IMG/VR virus record: IMGVR_UViG_3300032053_000008
DNA from: a virus
Strand: one strand, 5' to 3'
Length of the DNA: 64,000 nucleotides
The notes below the pieces were generated by a model that was given only the letters and a program-made list of their open reading frames with translations, was not told the DNA's origin and did not search any database. Shown here piece by piece: positions 18,986 to 28,021 of the stretch (position 1 is its first letter; each line of letters starts with the position of its first letter). A program made the position numbers and the translations under genes.

Positions 18986-19207
18986 TTAGCTTTTTATTCC
19001 AAAATCACTCAAACCGTCATCAAAAGAGCCAGATTCGATAAATCCTCTGGCTGTAAAGTGCTTATATAGAACTTCTTTCATGTACGGTTCAAATTTATAC
19101 TTACGCTGAGACATTGCCCACCAGGTATCAAAACTCATAGCAGCCATAATGGGGCTAGGCAGTTGACTTGGCATATATTCGATGTCTGGTTTTTTCTTTT
19201 TAGCCAT
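18986..19207 (-). CDS. Small hypothetical protein preceding the sheath
   Basis: Start moved to MAKKKKPD (AAGGAG RBS). Confidence 0.6.
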   Translation of the reverse strand: MAKKKKPDIEYMPSQLPSPIMAAMSFDTWWAMSQRKYKFEPYMKEVLYKHFTARGFIESGSFDDGLSDFGIKS

Positions 19208-19238
19208 TTCCAGCTCCTTAAAAAAATTAGGCTCAGTC

Positions 19239-20648
19239 TTATTTCTTCTTTGCTTTAGATGCCTTAGCATCTAAAGCAGCTTTCTTTTCTTTAGCTCTTA
19301 CGAAGTTATGTTTGTCGTCTTCAGCAAACTCTTTAGAATCTTCTTGTTCGCTTGAAACAGATTTATCTGGATTCACAGGGTTAGCCCAAGAATTATCCGA
19401 ACCCTTTTTTTTGTAATATTTAGGTTCCCACTCTTCTTTAACTAATGATTTAACCATATCCTTAGACCAGAAAGTACCCTTAGAGTTTTCCTGTTGTCCA
19501 CCTGAACCGTTTTGGCAATCTTTTGGAGCTTCTACAGTTTTAGGTGGGCAATTTGTCAAGTTTTTAGCTAACTTGATTAACAAAAGCTTAGAAGGATTAG
19601 AAATAAGCTTTAAGTCTTTGTTCTTTTTGTCTTTTAATGGCATTGCCATGATTTGCAAAGTCTTTTGCAGACTTTCTGCATATCCGGTACCCATTTCACC
19701 AGCTGCCTTGCTTAAAAGGAGCAGTTCATTTTTCATGAACTCTGGGAAACTGACAGCAAATTGGTCCCATTTAGCAAACTTAGGGATAAACGGGCTAAAA
19801 ATTTCTTTTTTAATAATTTGACGATCTTTTGCCGCAGTAAGATCTTTATCAATCTTTATTGCATGCATGTCTTGAGAATGTGCTTTTATTCTTGCAGTTC
19901 GCAGATCCCAAGGTCTCCCCTTTACTTCACCTCCACGGCTTTTAGCACGGTCTTTTGACTGATTTTTTTCCTCTGTTAAATCTGCATCCGATTCATTAAC
20001 GCTACCCTTGTTCATCATTCCCTCAACTGAAGACTCATTAGAAGGTATCATAGAAGCATCTGCTTTTACAATAGCTTTTTTAGAGGCTTGCTGCCGAGAC
20101 TGAATAGTATCTAGGGCAGTAGTTGGACCTTTAGGGGCGGTTGGTGCTGGAGCTGGAGCAGCTCCTTTACCATACAGTTTAGCCTTAAGGGCTTTAGTGT
20201 TGGCAGCTTGAGCGATAGGATGATTCATGTCTTTATAGTTCAAAACAGGCGCATTGGCTTCATTTGAAGCAGGTTTGGCGTTCATTTGCTGATAATTCAG
20301 AGTATTTCCAGTAGGTTCCGGTTTTTTAGGAGCTGGATTAAGTAAAGACAAGTCAGACTGTGGTTTATTGGTAGCCATGGTTGCTACTGCGGCTTGACCG
20401 GCTGGACTGGCTACGGCAGGCTTAGCTTTATGGGTAAGTGCATCCATAGCACTTTGAGCGGCTGGATTAAGACTAGCTTTAGCCATAGTAGGCTTAGGGG
20501 TAGCCATAGCTGCCGGAGCTTTTGGGGCAGCCGGAGCTTTTATTGCTGGAGCTGCTGCAGGCTTTGGAGCCGACATTTTAGGGGCAGCTGGGGCAGACGG
20601 TGCCGCTGGAGCTGTCGCTTTAGGCATACTTGGTTCTGCGGGTTTCAC
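19239..20648 (-). CDS. Low-complexity Pro/Ala/Lys-rich protein, probable internal head protein
   Basis: GTG start with AGGAG RBS; disordered composition; many hydrophobic-x-K-[A/S/G/N] motifs. Confidence 0.55.
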   Translation of the reverse strand: MKPAEPSMPKATAPAAPSAPAAPKMSAPKPAAAPAIKAPAAPKAPAAMATPKPTMAKASLNPAAQSAMDALTHKAKPAVASPAGQAAVATMATNKPQSDLSLLNPAPKKPEPTGNTLNYQQMNAKPASNEANAPVLNYKDMNHPIAQAANTKALKAKLYGKGAAPAPAPTAPKGPTTALDTIQSRQQASKKAIVKADASMIPSNESSVEGMMNKGSVNESDADLTEEKNQSKDRAKSRGGEVKGRPWDLRTARIKAHSQDMHAIKIDKDLTAAKDRQIIKKEIFSPFIPKFAKWDQFAVSFPEFMKNELLLLSKAAGEMGTGYAESLQKTLQIMAMPLKDKKNKDLKLISNPSKLLLIKLAKNLTNCPPKTVEAPKDCQNGSGGQQENSKGTFWSKDMVKSLVKEEWEPKYYKKKGSDNSWANPVNPDKSVSSEQEDSKEFAEDDKHNFVRAKEKKAALDAKASKAKKK

Positions 20649-20695
20649 GTAAAACTCCTAGAGATAGAAAACCATGGATAAGATTAAGTTAAAAC

Positions 20696-23356
20696 TTAGA
20701 TCTTTGTGGACTTACCAGACGGAAGCATTTTGACCGCCGATAAATCGCTAGTATGTTGATTTTTAACGGGTATTTTGTCGTATAGCATAACTGAGTTAGC
20801 GAAAGTAGGGGACTCATGTCCGCTAGCTTTCCAGCCTTTATACCCCATAGACTTCAGTTCATTGTGGACCAGGTCTGGGTGACTAAGCGCGTGTTCGCTT
20901 GGTCCGTAGTGCTCTTTGTGCTTGTCTTTTACCTTGGCAAACACTTTGTCTGGGTCTTTGGACAAATCGTAGATGTCTTTGTCTTTGACTTGTATATGGT
21001 ACCTGGACAAGTTGTTGAACATTTGTTCAGCGTCTTCTCCATTAGATCCGTAAGTATGCAAATAGTTTGCAGGTTTAAAACCTGGCATATTATGGTTAAG
21101 GTATTCCCGGCTTTGCTGGATACGGGCCTTTTCTTTGCCTGCCTGACCGGTAAACTGGAAAGATGGGTCTAGGGACTGAAGGTCTGGATGCCTACTAAAA
21201 TGGACTAGATCTAGCACCTTAAAATTATCTTCAGCTTTGGATATTTTGTCCCAAACACCCATTGCTGCGGGGGTTTGAAGCGAGGAACCTAAAACCTCTT
21301 TACCGGAAACTTTTTGGGCATGTTGATACATTGCAGTTGCCAGCCCTTTTCTTTGATGTTCAGGGAAAACATTAGTCATACCAGGCATAAGTTTATTTTC
21401 ATGGAGTTCGTGAGGAACAATTATGGTATGGCCAACTATCTGACCTTGTGGACTTTTTGCATAAACGTGAAGTTCATCGTGCTCTTCCTTGTCAGACAAA
21501 TCTTCATCTTGATTTGCCTTCCATTCATGAAAAACATGATAACCTTCTTTTCGCCAATCACCATTTTGGCCTTTTTCTAAGTCTTCAGCTTTAGATATAG
21601 CTTCAGACACCTTGCGATTGTGTTTTGTGTTTGACATCACAGCCAAAACAGCTTCAGTCAGGTTTTGGCCCATACCTGCCGTAAGGTTAATAGAATACTT
21701 TGTTTCCAATTTGGTCATAAAGTCGTAAAGTTCAGATTTTTCGGTAGGCGGCAGTGTAAATATAAAATCGCTACCAGCAAACCCCAGGAAATCTCCTGCG
21801 TGCTCTTCTATAAAAGACTCTATGTCTATTTTGATGTGTTGCAGCTTTTTGATTTTGTCGGTTAGCTCTTTTGTGCTGTTAGATTCCAGGGAGTCAACTA
21901 TGAAATCATATATGTCCTGGAAAGACAAACACACGGTAACCGGTTTGTATTTTTTGTCTTTTGGGTGACTTTTTTCTAGGGACTTAAAAAGCTCTTCGCT
22001 TGGCTTAGGCCAGCCAAGGTTTACCATAGTTTCTATGGCTATTTGCCTTTGTTCGGATTTACCAAAAGGACGATTTTTTTGACCCCATAAAGCATAAGCA
22101 TCCTCTGATTGTTGACCATCAGTACCTCTAATCTTCTTACCAGTTAACTTTTCTGCCATTACATATGCCGATGTTGCTAACCCTTTACGTTGATGTGTAT
22201 CTTCGGTATCACTATTAACAATACCCAGATGTTTTCCAGTATGATCGTGTTCGAAAATATAAAGCCCTGCCAACTTACCGCTTGGATGATAGGCATGAAT
22301 AATTACGCCATATTTATTAACTTTAGGGGTAAGTTTATAGCCTTCTTTTTGCCAATCACCATTTTGACCTTTTTCTAGGTCTTCGGATTTGTTAACAATA
22401 CCTTTACGCTTAGCCATTTCTCCAGCCCATTTGCTGACGTTTCTGTCTGGATCTCTAAGGCCCATCTGAACCGTGGTTTCATCTGCACCAGGATGAGACA
22501 ATAAAAGCTTTTTTATTCCCCACTTAGGATGGTTCATCATAAAGTTAAGTTCAGCAGGTTTATAGTTTTTATGTTTAGCCATATAAGGGGCTGCTGCAGC
22601 ACCATGAGTATGAGGGGCACCAAAGTCACTGTTAACTATGTCGGTAGTTGGGAACTTGGTGTTGTCTCTAGGCACATTTTTGTGGGGGCTTACAATAAAT
22701 TCGTCTTCGTGTCCGTGACCGGCTGGATCTGTGTCAGGGTGACCTAACTCATAGCTGAACCAAACGTTCTTTAAAGGAACGTGCTGGTGATGTTCATGTT
22801 GACCAAATTGTCCTTGAGTTTTGTCGGCTATGGAATACAAAGCATGGTCATCTCCCCTTTGGCTTGGGGTTATGTTCATGTTCCTAGCCAGACGCAAATG
22901 GGGGGTACCATTAAGTTGGTCTACGGCCTTAGGGGCATTTTGGGTAATAGTGTCATGCAAGCTACGCTGGTGAGCTAGTAGCTGCGGAACAATATGAGGG
23001 TTTTGGGCTAGACCGGCGCTAAGGCTATCTGTAGTTATGTGACCAATCTTTTTCGCGGCATTGCCTTGTTGGTGATGACTCAAAAACGCCTGGTCCATCA
23101 TTTTTTGTTGGTCTGGCTTAGATGCCGAATAAGCGTCAGCATTTTCAGATCTGTGGATAGCGTACTTTAGCAAAAGAGATGAAGGTGAATGGGGAGAATG
23201 CTTATAGCTAGAATACATCTCATTTAGTGTAGCATTTGGCTTAAAGTGCGGCGTAGGTGCGCTAATAGGCAAACTAGAATGGACCTGTAGCCCAATTTGC
23301 TTGTCTTGGCTGGTACTAGAAGACAATGCACTTGGGTGTTTAGTCATCGTTATCAT
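20696..23356 (-). CDS. Polyvalent multidomain protein: ART-like, HEAT, GNAT, mCpol-like, GNAT, ART-like
   Basis: Two HQRKGLAT acetyl-CoA motifs; R...S...EDEFIV ART pattern; AGMGQNLTEA mCpol-like motif; C-terminal HFS..LDP..GYKG pattern. The GNAT calls are firmer than the others. Confidence 0.7.
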   Translation of the reverse strand: MITMTKHPSALSSSTSQDKQIGLQVHSSLPISAPTPHFKPNATLNEMYSSYKHSPHSPSSLLLKYAIHRSENADAYSASKPDQQKMMDQAFLSHHQQGNAAKKIGHITTDSLSAGLAQNPHIVPQLLAHQRSLHDTITQNAPKAVDQLNGTPHLRLARNMNITPSQRGDDHALYSIADKTQGQFGQHEHHQHVPLKNVWFSYELGHPDTDPAGHGHEDEFIVSPHKNVPRDNTKFPTTDIVNSDFGAPHTHGAAAAPYMAKHKNYKPAELNFMMNHPKWGIKKLLLSHPGADETTVQMGLRDPDRNVSKWAGEMAKRKGIVNKSEDLEKGQNGDWQKEGYKLTPKVNKYGVIIHAYHPSGKLAGLYIFEHDHTGKHLGIVNSDTEDTHQRKGLATSAYVMAEKLTGKKIRGTDGQQSEDAYALWGQKNRPFGKSEQRQIAIETMVNLGWPKPSEELFKSLEKSHPKDKKYKPVTVCLSFQDIYDFIVDSLESNSTKELTDKIKKLQHIKIDIESFIEEHAGDFLGFAGSDFIFTLPPTEKSELYDFMTKLETKYSINLTAGMGQNLTEAVLAVMSNTKHNRKVSEAISKAEDLEKGQNGDWRKEGYHVFHEWKANQDEDLSDKEEHDELHVYAKSPQGQIVGHTIIVPHELHENKLMPGMTNVFPEHQRKGLATAMYQHAQKVSGKEVLGSSLQTPAAMGVWDKISKAEDNFKVLDLVHFSRHPDLQSLDPSFQFTGQAGKEKARIQQSREYLNHNMPGFKPANYLHTYGSNGEDAEQMFNNLSRYHIQVKDKDIYDLSKDPDKVFAKVKDKHKEHYGPSEHALSHPDLVHNELKSMGYKGWKASGHESPTFANSVMLYDKIPVKNQHTSDLSAVKMLPSGKSTKI
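21539..22390 (-). repeat. Two copies of K[S/A]EDLEKGQNGDW[Q/R]KEGY (22337-22390 and 21539-21592)
   Basis: 16 of 18 residues identical; each copy directly precedes a GNAT domain. Confidence 0.95.
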
Positions 23357-24455
23357 CCCCTATAATAACATGATAAGGGTCTTCTATTGGGCCGTCACCT
23401 AAAGTAGGGAAATCACTAGTAACTTGCCAAGATGGATTGTTTGGCTCGATAGGGTCAGTCAAACTAGTGCGTGGCTTATACCCAGCCCATCTACCTTTGT
23501 TATTGGGTCCATTAGGCCCATCTTCTATAAGAACTTGTCCTGTAATTACTTCCAGTTTAGGGGCAGCATGTTTAATCCAGGTGATTGGTACTACACCAGT
23601 CAAGGTTATATACCTAGAAAAAACAGTGTCGGCCTGGAAAGAATTATTTCTTTGAAGTGCGCTAGATGAAACTTTGGACAGCTCAAAAAGGCGACCTTCT
23701 AGGTAAGACTCTTTATATCGCATCAGGCAATACATCACAACCTGCCACATCCATATACAACATCCAGCATCGCCATTAGCATGACAAGCTATGGTGTAGC
23801 TTTCATTAATAAAAGAGATTTCTTGGTCTAGATTCCATACACCAAATTTGGTTCTGATGTGAGACCTGGAAAAGTTCTCCCTTAGATCAGGAGCTATTCT
23901 AAATGAATTGTTTCCGGTAACTTCGTATATTACATAAGCTTTATTGGTTTTGTTGGCTACCAGAAATTGGCCTTCTCTGATATTAGCCATGCTAACCGTG
24001 CTAGGCACAATAACTATACCAGTTACAGTGTCATAAGACTCTACGCTAAATGTAGGGGTAAGGTTTCTGGCATTTGTGACAATACCAGTTGGGTCAAATG
24101 GATCTATAAGCCTTTGGTCGCCCAAAGAGGTGCGGTCCATAGCTTCACTGTTGTCATTATACGAAACAATAATACATGGCACCGGAACCGTGTCGGCTAT
24201 ACGGTAAGCCAATAAAACAGGGATTTCATTATTTAAAAACCAGTTAGAAGCAGCTTCTACTTCTTTGTATCCATAGTCCTTAGAAGCAAGATAATCTTGA
24301 GCTAAGGTGCTAAATATGTCTTCAACTATCCACTTGTTTTTACGCAAATCCGCAATAGACGCTTCAAGCATCGTTTTTATCAAAATATCACTAGATAAAA
24401 CACCCATTATGCGCCCCTGAAATAGTCTTCTAAAGACTTTACTATTTTGTCCCAT
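23340..24455 (-). CDS. Neck/tail-completion-like structural protein
   Basis: Position in the neck cluster; start probably at the internal MGVLSSD; VFSRYITL resembles tail terminators. Confidence 0.5.
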   Translation of the reverse strand: MGQNSKVFRRLFQGRIMGVLSSDILIKTMLEASIADLRKNKWIVEDIFSTLAQDYLASKDYGYKEVEAASNWFLNNEIPVLLAYRIADTVPVPCIIVSYNDNSEAMDRTSLGDQRLIDPFDPTGIVTNARNLTPTFSVESYDTVTGIVIVPSTVSMANIREGQFLVANKTNKAYVIYEVTGNNSFRIAPDLRENFSRSHIRTKFGVWNLDQEISFINESYTIACHANGDAGCCIWMWQVVMYCLMRYKESYLEGRLFELSKVSSSALQRNNSFQADTVFSRYITLTGVVPITWIKHAAPKLEVITGQVLIEDGPNGPNNKGRWAGYKPRTSLTDPIEPNNPSWQVTSDFPTLGDGPIEDPYHVIIGDDNDD

Positions 24456-25258
24456 TCTTTAGTAGCATAATCGTATGCGGCAGGAATACTGTGAAGAGGT
24501 TTAACTTCGGGGTACATCCACCTTCCCTCTGCCTCATGCTTGCTACTTACAACCCTAAATGTAACTACTTCTTTTTTGACCTTACCTCTTTTAGATGGTC
24601 TTTGGACCACAACTCCACCTGACAGATAGTGAGCACCTTCGTAGTTTGGTAGCCCTAGAGCTTCAGCTTCATCAGCTGTACGCCCTTTAGACCGGTATTG
24701 GTATATGTTGTCGCTAGCCGGGTCATTTAACTGAGGGATGTCTTTTAGCCTGTTAACTATGCCAATCATTGGCATTCCATCGGGGCCTTTTTCGATTTTA
24801 CGCATACTGACGCCATTTGCCTTAAGGGAGGCATCTATAGCTTCTCTCATACCAGAAGGAGTGGTCAGAGCGTTTTTGTCATGGCTAAAAGGTATGACCT
24901 TGAATTTACTGCCATCTTTGGCAGTCTTAAGTCCCGGACCTGGTTTAAGCAGCCAGTCTTCTGTTGCCATACTCACGGCTGGCCTACCGCTCTCGACCCA
25001 CTTAGCTGATTCATCGATTTCTACTACCCACATATTCTTAGAAACTTGTATCCATCTGATATTGCTACCATCTTCACCTAAAAATGCTTCTAGTGGGTAA
25101 CCTTTTAAGTGGTCCTGAGCATACTTGATAATAAAAGCGTGGGTGGAAATAGAAAGGGCCTCTACAGCCCCATTCAATTTCTTTGCTACCTCTTTTTCTA
25201 CAACACCTAGCTTATCAGCTATTTCTTTGTAGTTAGCCCTTATGGTAAAGTCGGTCAC
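24407..25258 (-). CDS. Neck/tail-completion protein
   Basis: KTAKDGSKFKVIPF and TFRVVSSK..W.YP motifs, as in SPO1-like neck proteins. Confidence 0.6.
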   Translation of the reverse strand: MTDFTIRANYKEIADKLGVVEKEVAKKLNGAVEALSISTHAFIIKYAQDHLKGYPLEAFLGEDGSNIRWIQVSKNMWVVEIDESAKWVESGRPAVSMATEDWLLKPGPGLKTAKDGSKFKVIPFSHDKNALTTPSGMREAIDASLKANGVSMRKIEKGPDGMPMIGIVNRLKDIPQLNDPASDNIYQYRSKGRTADEAEALGLPNYEGAHYLSGGVVVQRPSKRGKVKKEVVTFRVVSSKHEAEGRWMYPEVKPLHSIPAAYDYATKEWDKIVKSLEDYFRGA

Positions 25259-26472
25259 TGCTGCTTAGCCTTTTGTTGTTGATTGTTGGCTTTTACCGAT
25301 ATATCAGTACCATCGGTAGCCTGAACTTGGCCTGAGGCCATTGAGCGCCATACTTCTTTACCGTTTACCAGAACTTTTTTGTAGTTGCCCTTGCGGGTTC
25401 CAACAGGGAAACGGATACCAGACATAGCCTGAGGACCAGAAGAACTGACGCCCTTTTTTTCTAGGTCTTGTTCAGATTTTTGAACTTGCTTGGCGCTGGT
25501 GATCAATTTCTGGATCATAGACATAGTTTGCTGGAAAGCTTTAGGGTCCTTGCTGGCCATAGCCATAATCTGAGGTATTTGCGCCTTAACGTCTTTAAGT
25601 TTGTCCATTAATTCTTGGTTGTGGTCGGCGGTAGCTTCTTTGGTAGCATCATCGACTTCTTGAGCTACTTCTTGTGCTGCCTGTTCTTGTTCCTGTCCGT
25701 CACCTTCGCCCTGTTGTTGTCCAGGTGCCTGTTGTTGTTGAGGCTGACCACTAAGTTGACCAAGCAAATCAGTAGTATTGGTATTAGCATGGGCATCTGG
25801 GTCTTCCTGGCCTTGCGGCTGTTGTTGTTGCTGGGCTTGTTGTTGTTGCATCATTTGCTGTTGTTGTTGAGCGGCTTGTTCGATTTCCCCGGCACCAAGC
25901 ATTTCATTTATGGCTTGAATAAACTGGGCTTCAGCGCTAAAACTTTCTTTTAGAGACATACGCTTGGGCACTGGATTAGATTTTTGGTCTATAACTTTTT
26001 GGTAAGGCTTGTCATCTGGCTGTTCTGGGTCAAATAGGTTGGTAGGCAAACTGACGTTTTGATTTATGTTTGTTCTTGAATTGGAAGTTTTTGTAATTTT
26101 TTCTTGGTAAGTATCTGCCGGATTAAAAAGTTCAACTTTACCAGTTTTATAAGATTTCTTGGCAGCCATTGCCGCTTCTTGGAAATCTAATCCAACACCA
26201 ATAGCCAGTCCATCTCCAGCAGTTTCGGTAAAGTTTTCAATTAAATTAGGTAGTTCTGCCGCTACATCAATAGGTATTTCCATAGCTATAAAGTCTGGAT
26301 TACAAAATGGCATAGATCCACCGTGGGATTCCACAGTAGATTTCATTTTGTCTATAAGTCCCTGTAATTCAAACTGATAATGGTTGGCTACGCTAAATCG
26401 GCCCTCTTTGGCCGAATTAATTAGTTTGTCTCTTACTGCATCCGCAAATATAACTGCCCATACCTTACTCAT
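25255..26472 (-). CDS. Protein with N-terminal mCpol/GGDEF-like palm domain and Gln-rich linker
   Basis: AIGVGLDFQEAAMAAKKSYKTGK; polyQ; KSEQDLEKKG motif near the C-terminus. Confidence 0.55.
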   Translation of the reverse strand: MSKVWAVIFADAVRDKLINSAKEGRFSVANHYQFELQGLIDKMKSTVESHGGSMPFCNPDFIAMEIPIDVAAELPNLIENFTETAGDGLAIGVGLDFQEAAMAAKKSYKTGKVELFNPADTYQEKITKTSNSRTNINQNVSLPTNLFDPEQPDDKPYQKVIDQKSNPVPKRMSLKESFSAEAQFIQAINEMLGAGEIEQAAQQQQQMMQQQQAQQQQQPQGQEDPDAHANTNTTDLLGQLSGQPQQQQAPGQQQGEGDGQEQEQAAQEVAQEVDDATKEATADHNQELMDKLKDVKAQIPQIMAMASKDPKAFQQTMSMIQKLITSAKQVQKSEQDLEKKGVSSSGPQAMSGIRFPVGTRKGNYKKVLVNGKEVWRSMASGQVQATDGTDISVKANNQQQKAKQQ

Positions 26473-26476
26473 ACGC

Positions 26477-27592
26477 TCACCTGTATTTTGTATTCAGCTT
26501 GTTTTTTAAGGTTTCGACAAAAGCTTCAATGATTTCTGGATCTGCTTTTGAACTAAAACTTATTTTATATCCACCAGATGTTTTACTCAACCTTAAAAAC
26601 GCTTTATTTTTGTTTTCTTGGGAAGTTACATAAAAACAAGCACAAGGGGAATATTTTGGGCCAGACTCGGACTTAGTAAACTCAGGAGTTTTGCAATGAG
26701 GGCAAGGAGCGTATAAATCTGATTCGCTTATTGTGATTTCCGGCTCTTTTTTCTCTAGTTGAGCTTTAGTAAGATAGTTCCTGAAATAAGTGGCTGGTGT
26801 AGATGTAGGTTTGGCAGGTTTAGTGGCTGCGATGTTGAGTTTGTGTTGGATCATGGCCGGATTTTGTGCGGTATCGGCTTTTGTTTGCCCTTTGGTTTGC
26901 TGGGTAACTTGTTTGGTCATTGCCGCTTTAGGGTCTCTAGATGGAGCTGTTGCTTTAAGTGGAGCTACCGGTCCGTTTGGGGCAGCGTGGCCACTTGGGG
27001 CACCAGTTTCGTGCATTCCAGCTTTTTCAATCTTTTCTTTAGAGTCTTCCACCGCTTTAGCGGTAAACTTTTCGTCCATTATTCGATCAATAACTTTACC
27101 AAGAATTTTAGTAACTTCCACCATTGCATTAATGGCAGTGTCGGACTGTGGCATAACTGGCATATGAATATCTGAGGCAGACATCAAGGCCGCTGGCAAT
27201 TCACTAGAACCAGCTTTTTTGCCGTCATAGTCTTCAGTCATGGACATCAAATGTCCGCCAAAGGCTGGCAAAGTTTGGTTTTCAAAGGAATGGACAATAT
27301 GTCCACCTTTTATGAATTGGGCAGTATAGGCATCTAGGCCAGTTTTATTGACTTGGATCTTTAGGTCGTCTAGGCCAGGATAAGATAAAACCTTTTCGTC
27401 ACCTGGGTGCATAGGCTTAATGGAAGATACTAGCCAGGACAATATGGTTCTAGGGACAGCTAAAATAGGCAGATACATATCAATAGGAGACAAAAGAGAT
27501 TTGCTGTCCCTACGATACATAGTCTTACTTAGCGTTTCAAAGCCGTCATCGCCAAGCAAGCTTTTTAGTAGTTTTTCTGCCTTAGTGTGCAT
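26477..27592 (-). CDS. Hypothetical head-cluster protein with C-terminal Zn-finger
   Basis: CPHC...CAC; disordered linker bounded by IEKAG and LTKAQLEKKE. Confidence 0.6.
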   Translation of the reverse strand: MHTKAEKLLKSLLGDDGFETLSKTMYRRDSKSLLSPIDMYLPILAVPRTILSWLVSSIKPMHPGDEKVLSYPGLDDLKIQVNKTGLDAYTAQFIKGGHIVHSFENQTLPAFGGHLMSMTEDYDGKKAGSSELPAALMSASDIHMPVMPQSDTAINAMVEVTKILGKVIDRIMDEKFTAKAVEDSKEKIEKAGMHETGAPSGHAAPNGPVAPLKATAPSRDPKAAMTKQVTQQTKGQTKADTAQNPAMIQHKLNIAATKPAKPTSTPATYFRNYLTKAQLEKKEPEITISESDLYAPCPHCKTPEFTKSESGPKYSPCACFYVTSQENKNKAFLRLSKTSGGYKISFSSKADPEIIEAFVETLKNKLNTKYR

Positions 27593-27595
27593 TTA

Positions 27596-27991
27596 TTACC
27601 CAAGGTAAGAAGAGTCTGCCACGTCAAAAATAGCGGCACCAGAACCAGATACCTTGTAAGCATAAATTCCAGGAGGAACTATCAAATAAGTATAGTCTAA
27701 GGGACGCAAAGGGTAGCCTGTTCCAAGAGCGGCCACAGCCGTACTTGTTCCATCATCAAAAGCCACATAAAGAGCGGTAGCCAATGAATTGAAAAAGCAA
27801 ACCATTTGACCTGGAACTGCAGTTAAAGTGGTAAAACTAGTTGAAGCTAGCCCAACAGGAATCATTAACCCTTCAGAATTAATGGATTTTGAGGCACCAG
27901 CTTCATCGTTATAGCGCATTTCAGTGTTGCTATAACCACCAGAAATCTTGTCTGTTAGTTTTTTTCTTTTTAAATCAGTAGTATACGACAT
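27596..27991 (-). CDS. Hypothetical virion protein
   Basis: GGGAG RBS; preceded by the AATCTTACCCTTA element. Confidence 0.6.
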   Translation of the reverse strand: MSYTTDLKRKKLTDKISGGYSNTEMRYNDEAGASKSINSEGLMIPVGLASTSFTTLTAVPGQMVCFFNSLATALYVAFDDGTSTAVAALGTGYPLRPLDYTYLIVPPGIYAYKVSGSGAAIFDVADSSYLG

Positions 27992-28007
27992 TTAGATAAA
28001 CTCCCTA

Positions 28008-28021
28008 TAAGGGTAAGATTA
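28008..28021 (-). promoter_or_regulatory. Candidate phage late promoter TAATCTTACCCTTA
   Basis: 14-nt identical copy at 38618-38631; both sit just upstream of an RBS; shorter AATCTT cores precede other structural genes. Confidence 0.55.

Noticed and set aside
25690-25870. CAA/CAG-rich runs here and in the portal gene (~47680-47730)
   Set aside because: Poly-Gln coding linkers, not a DNA repeat array or CRISPR.
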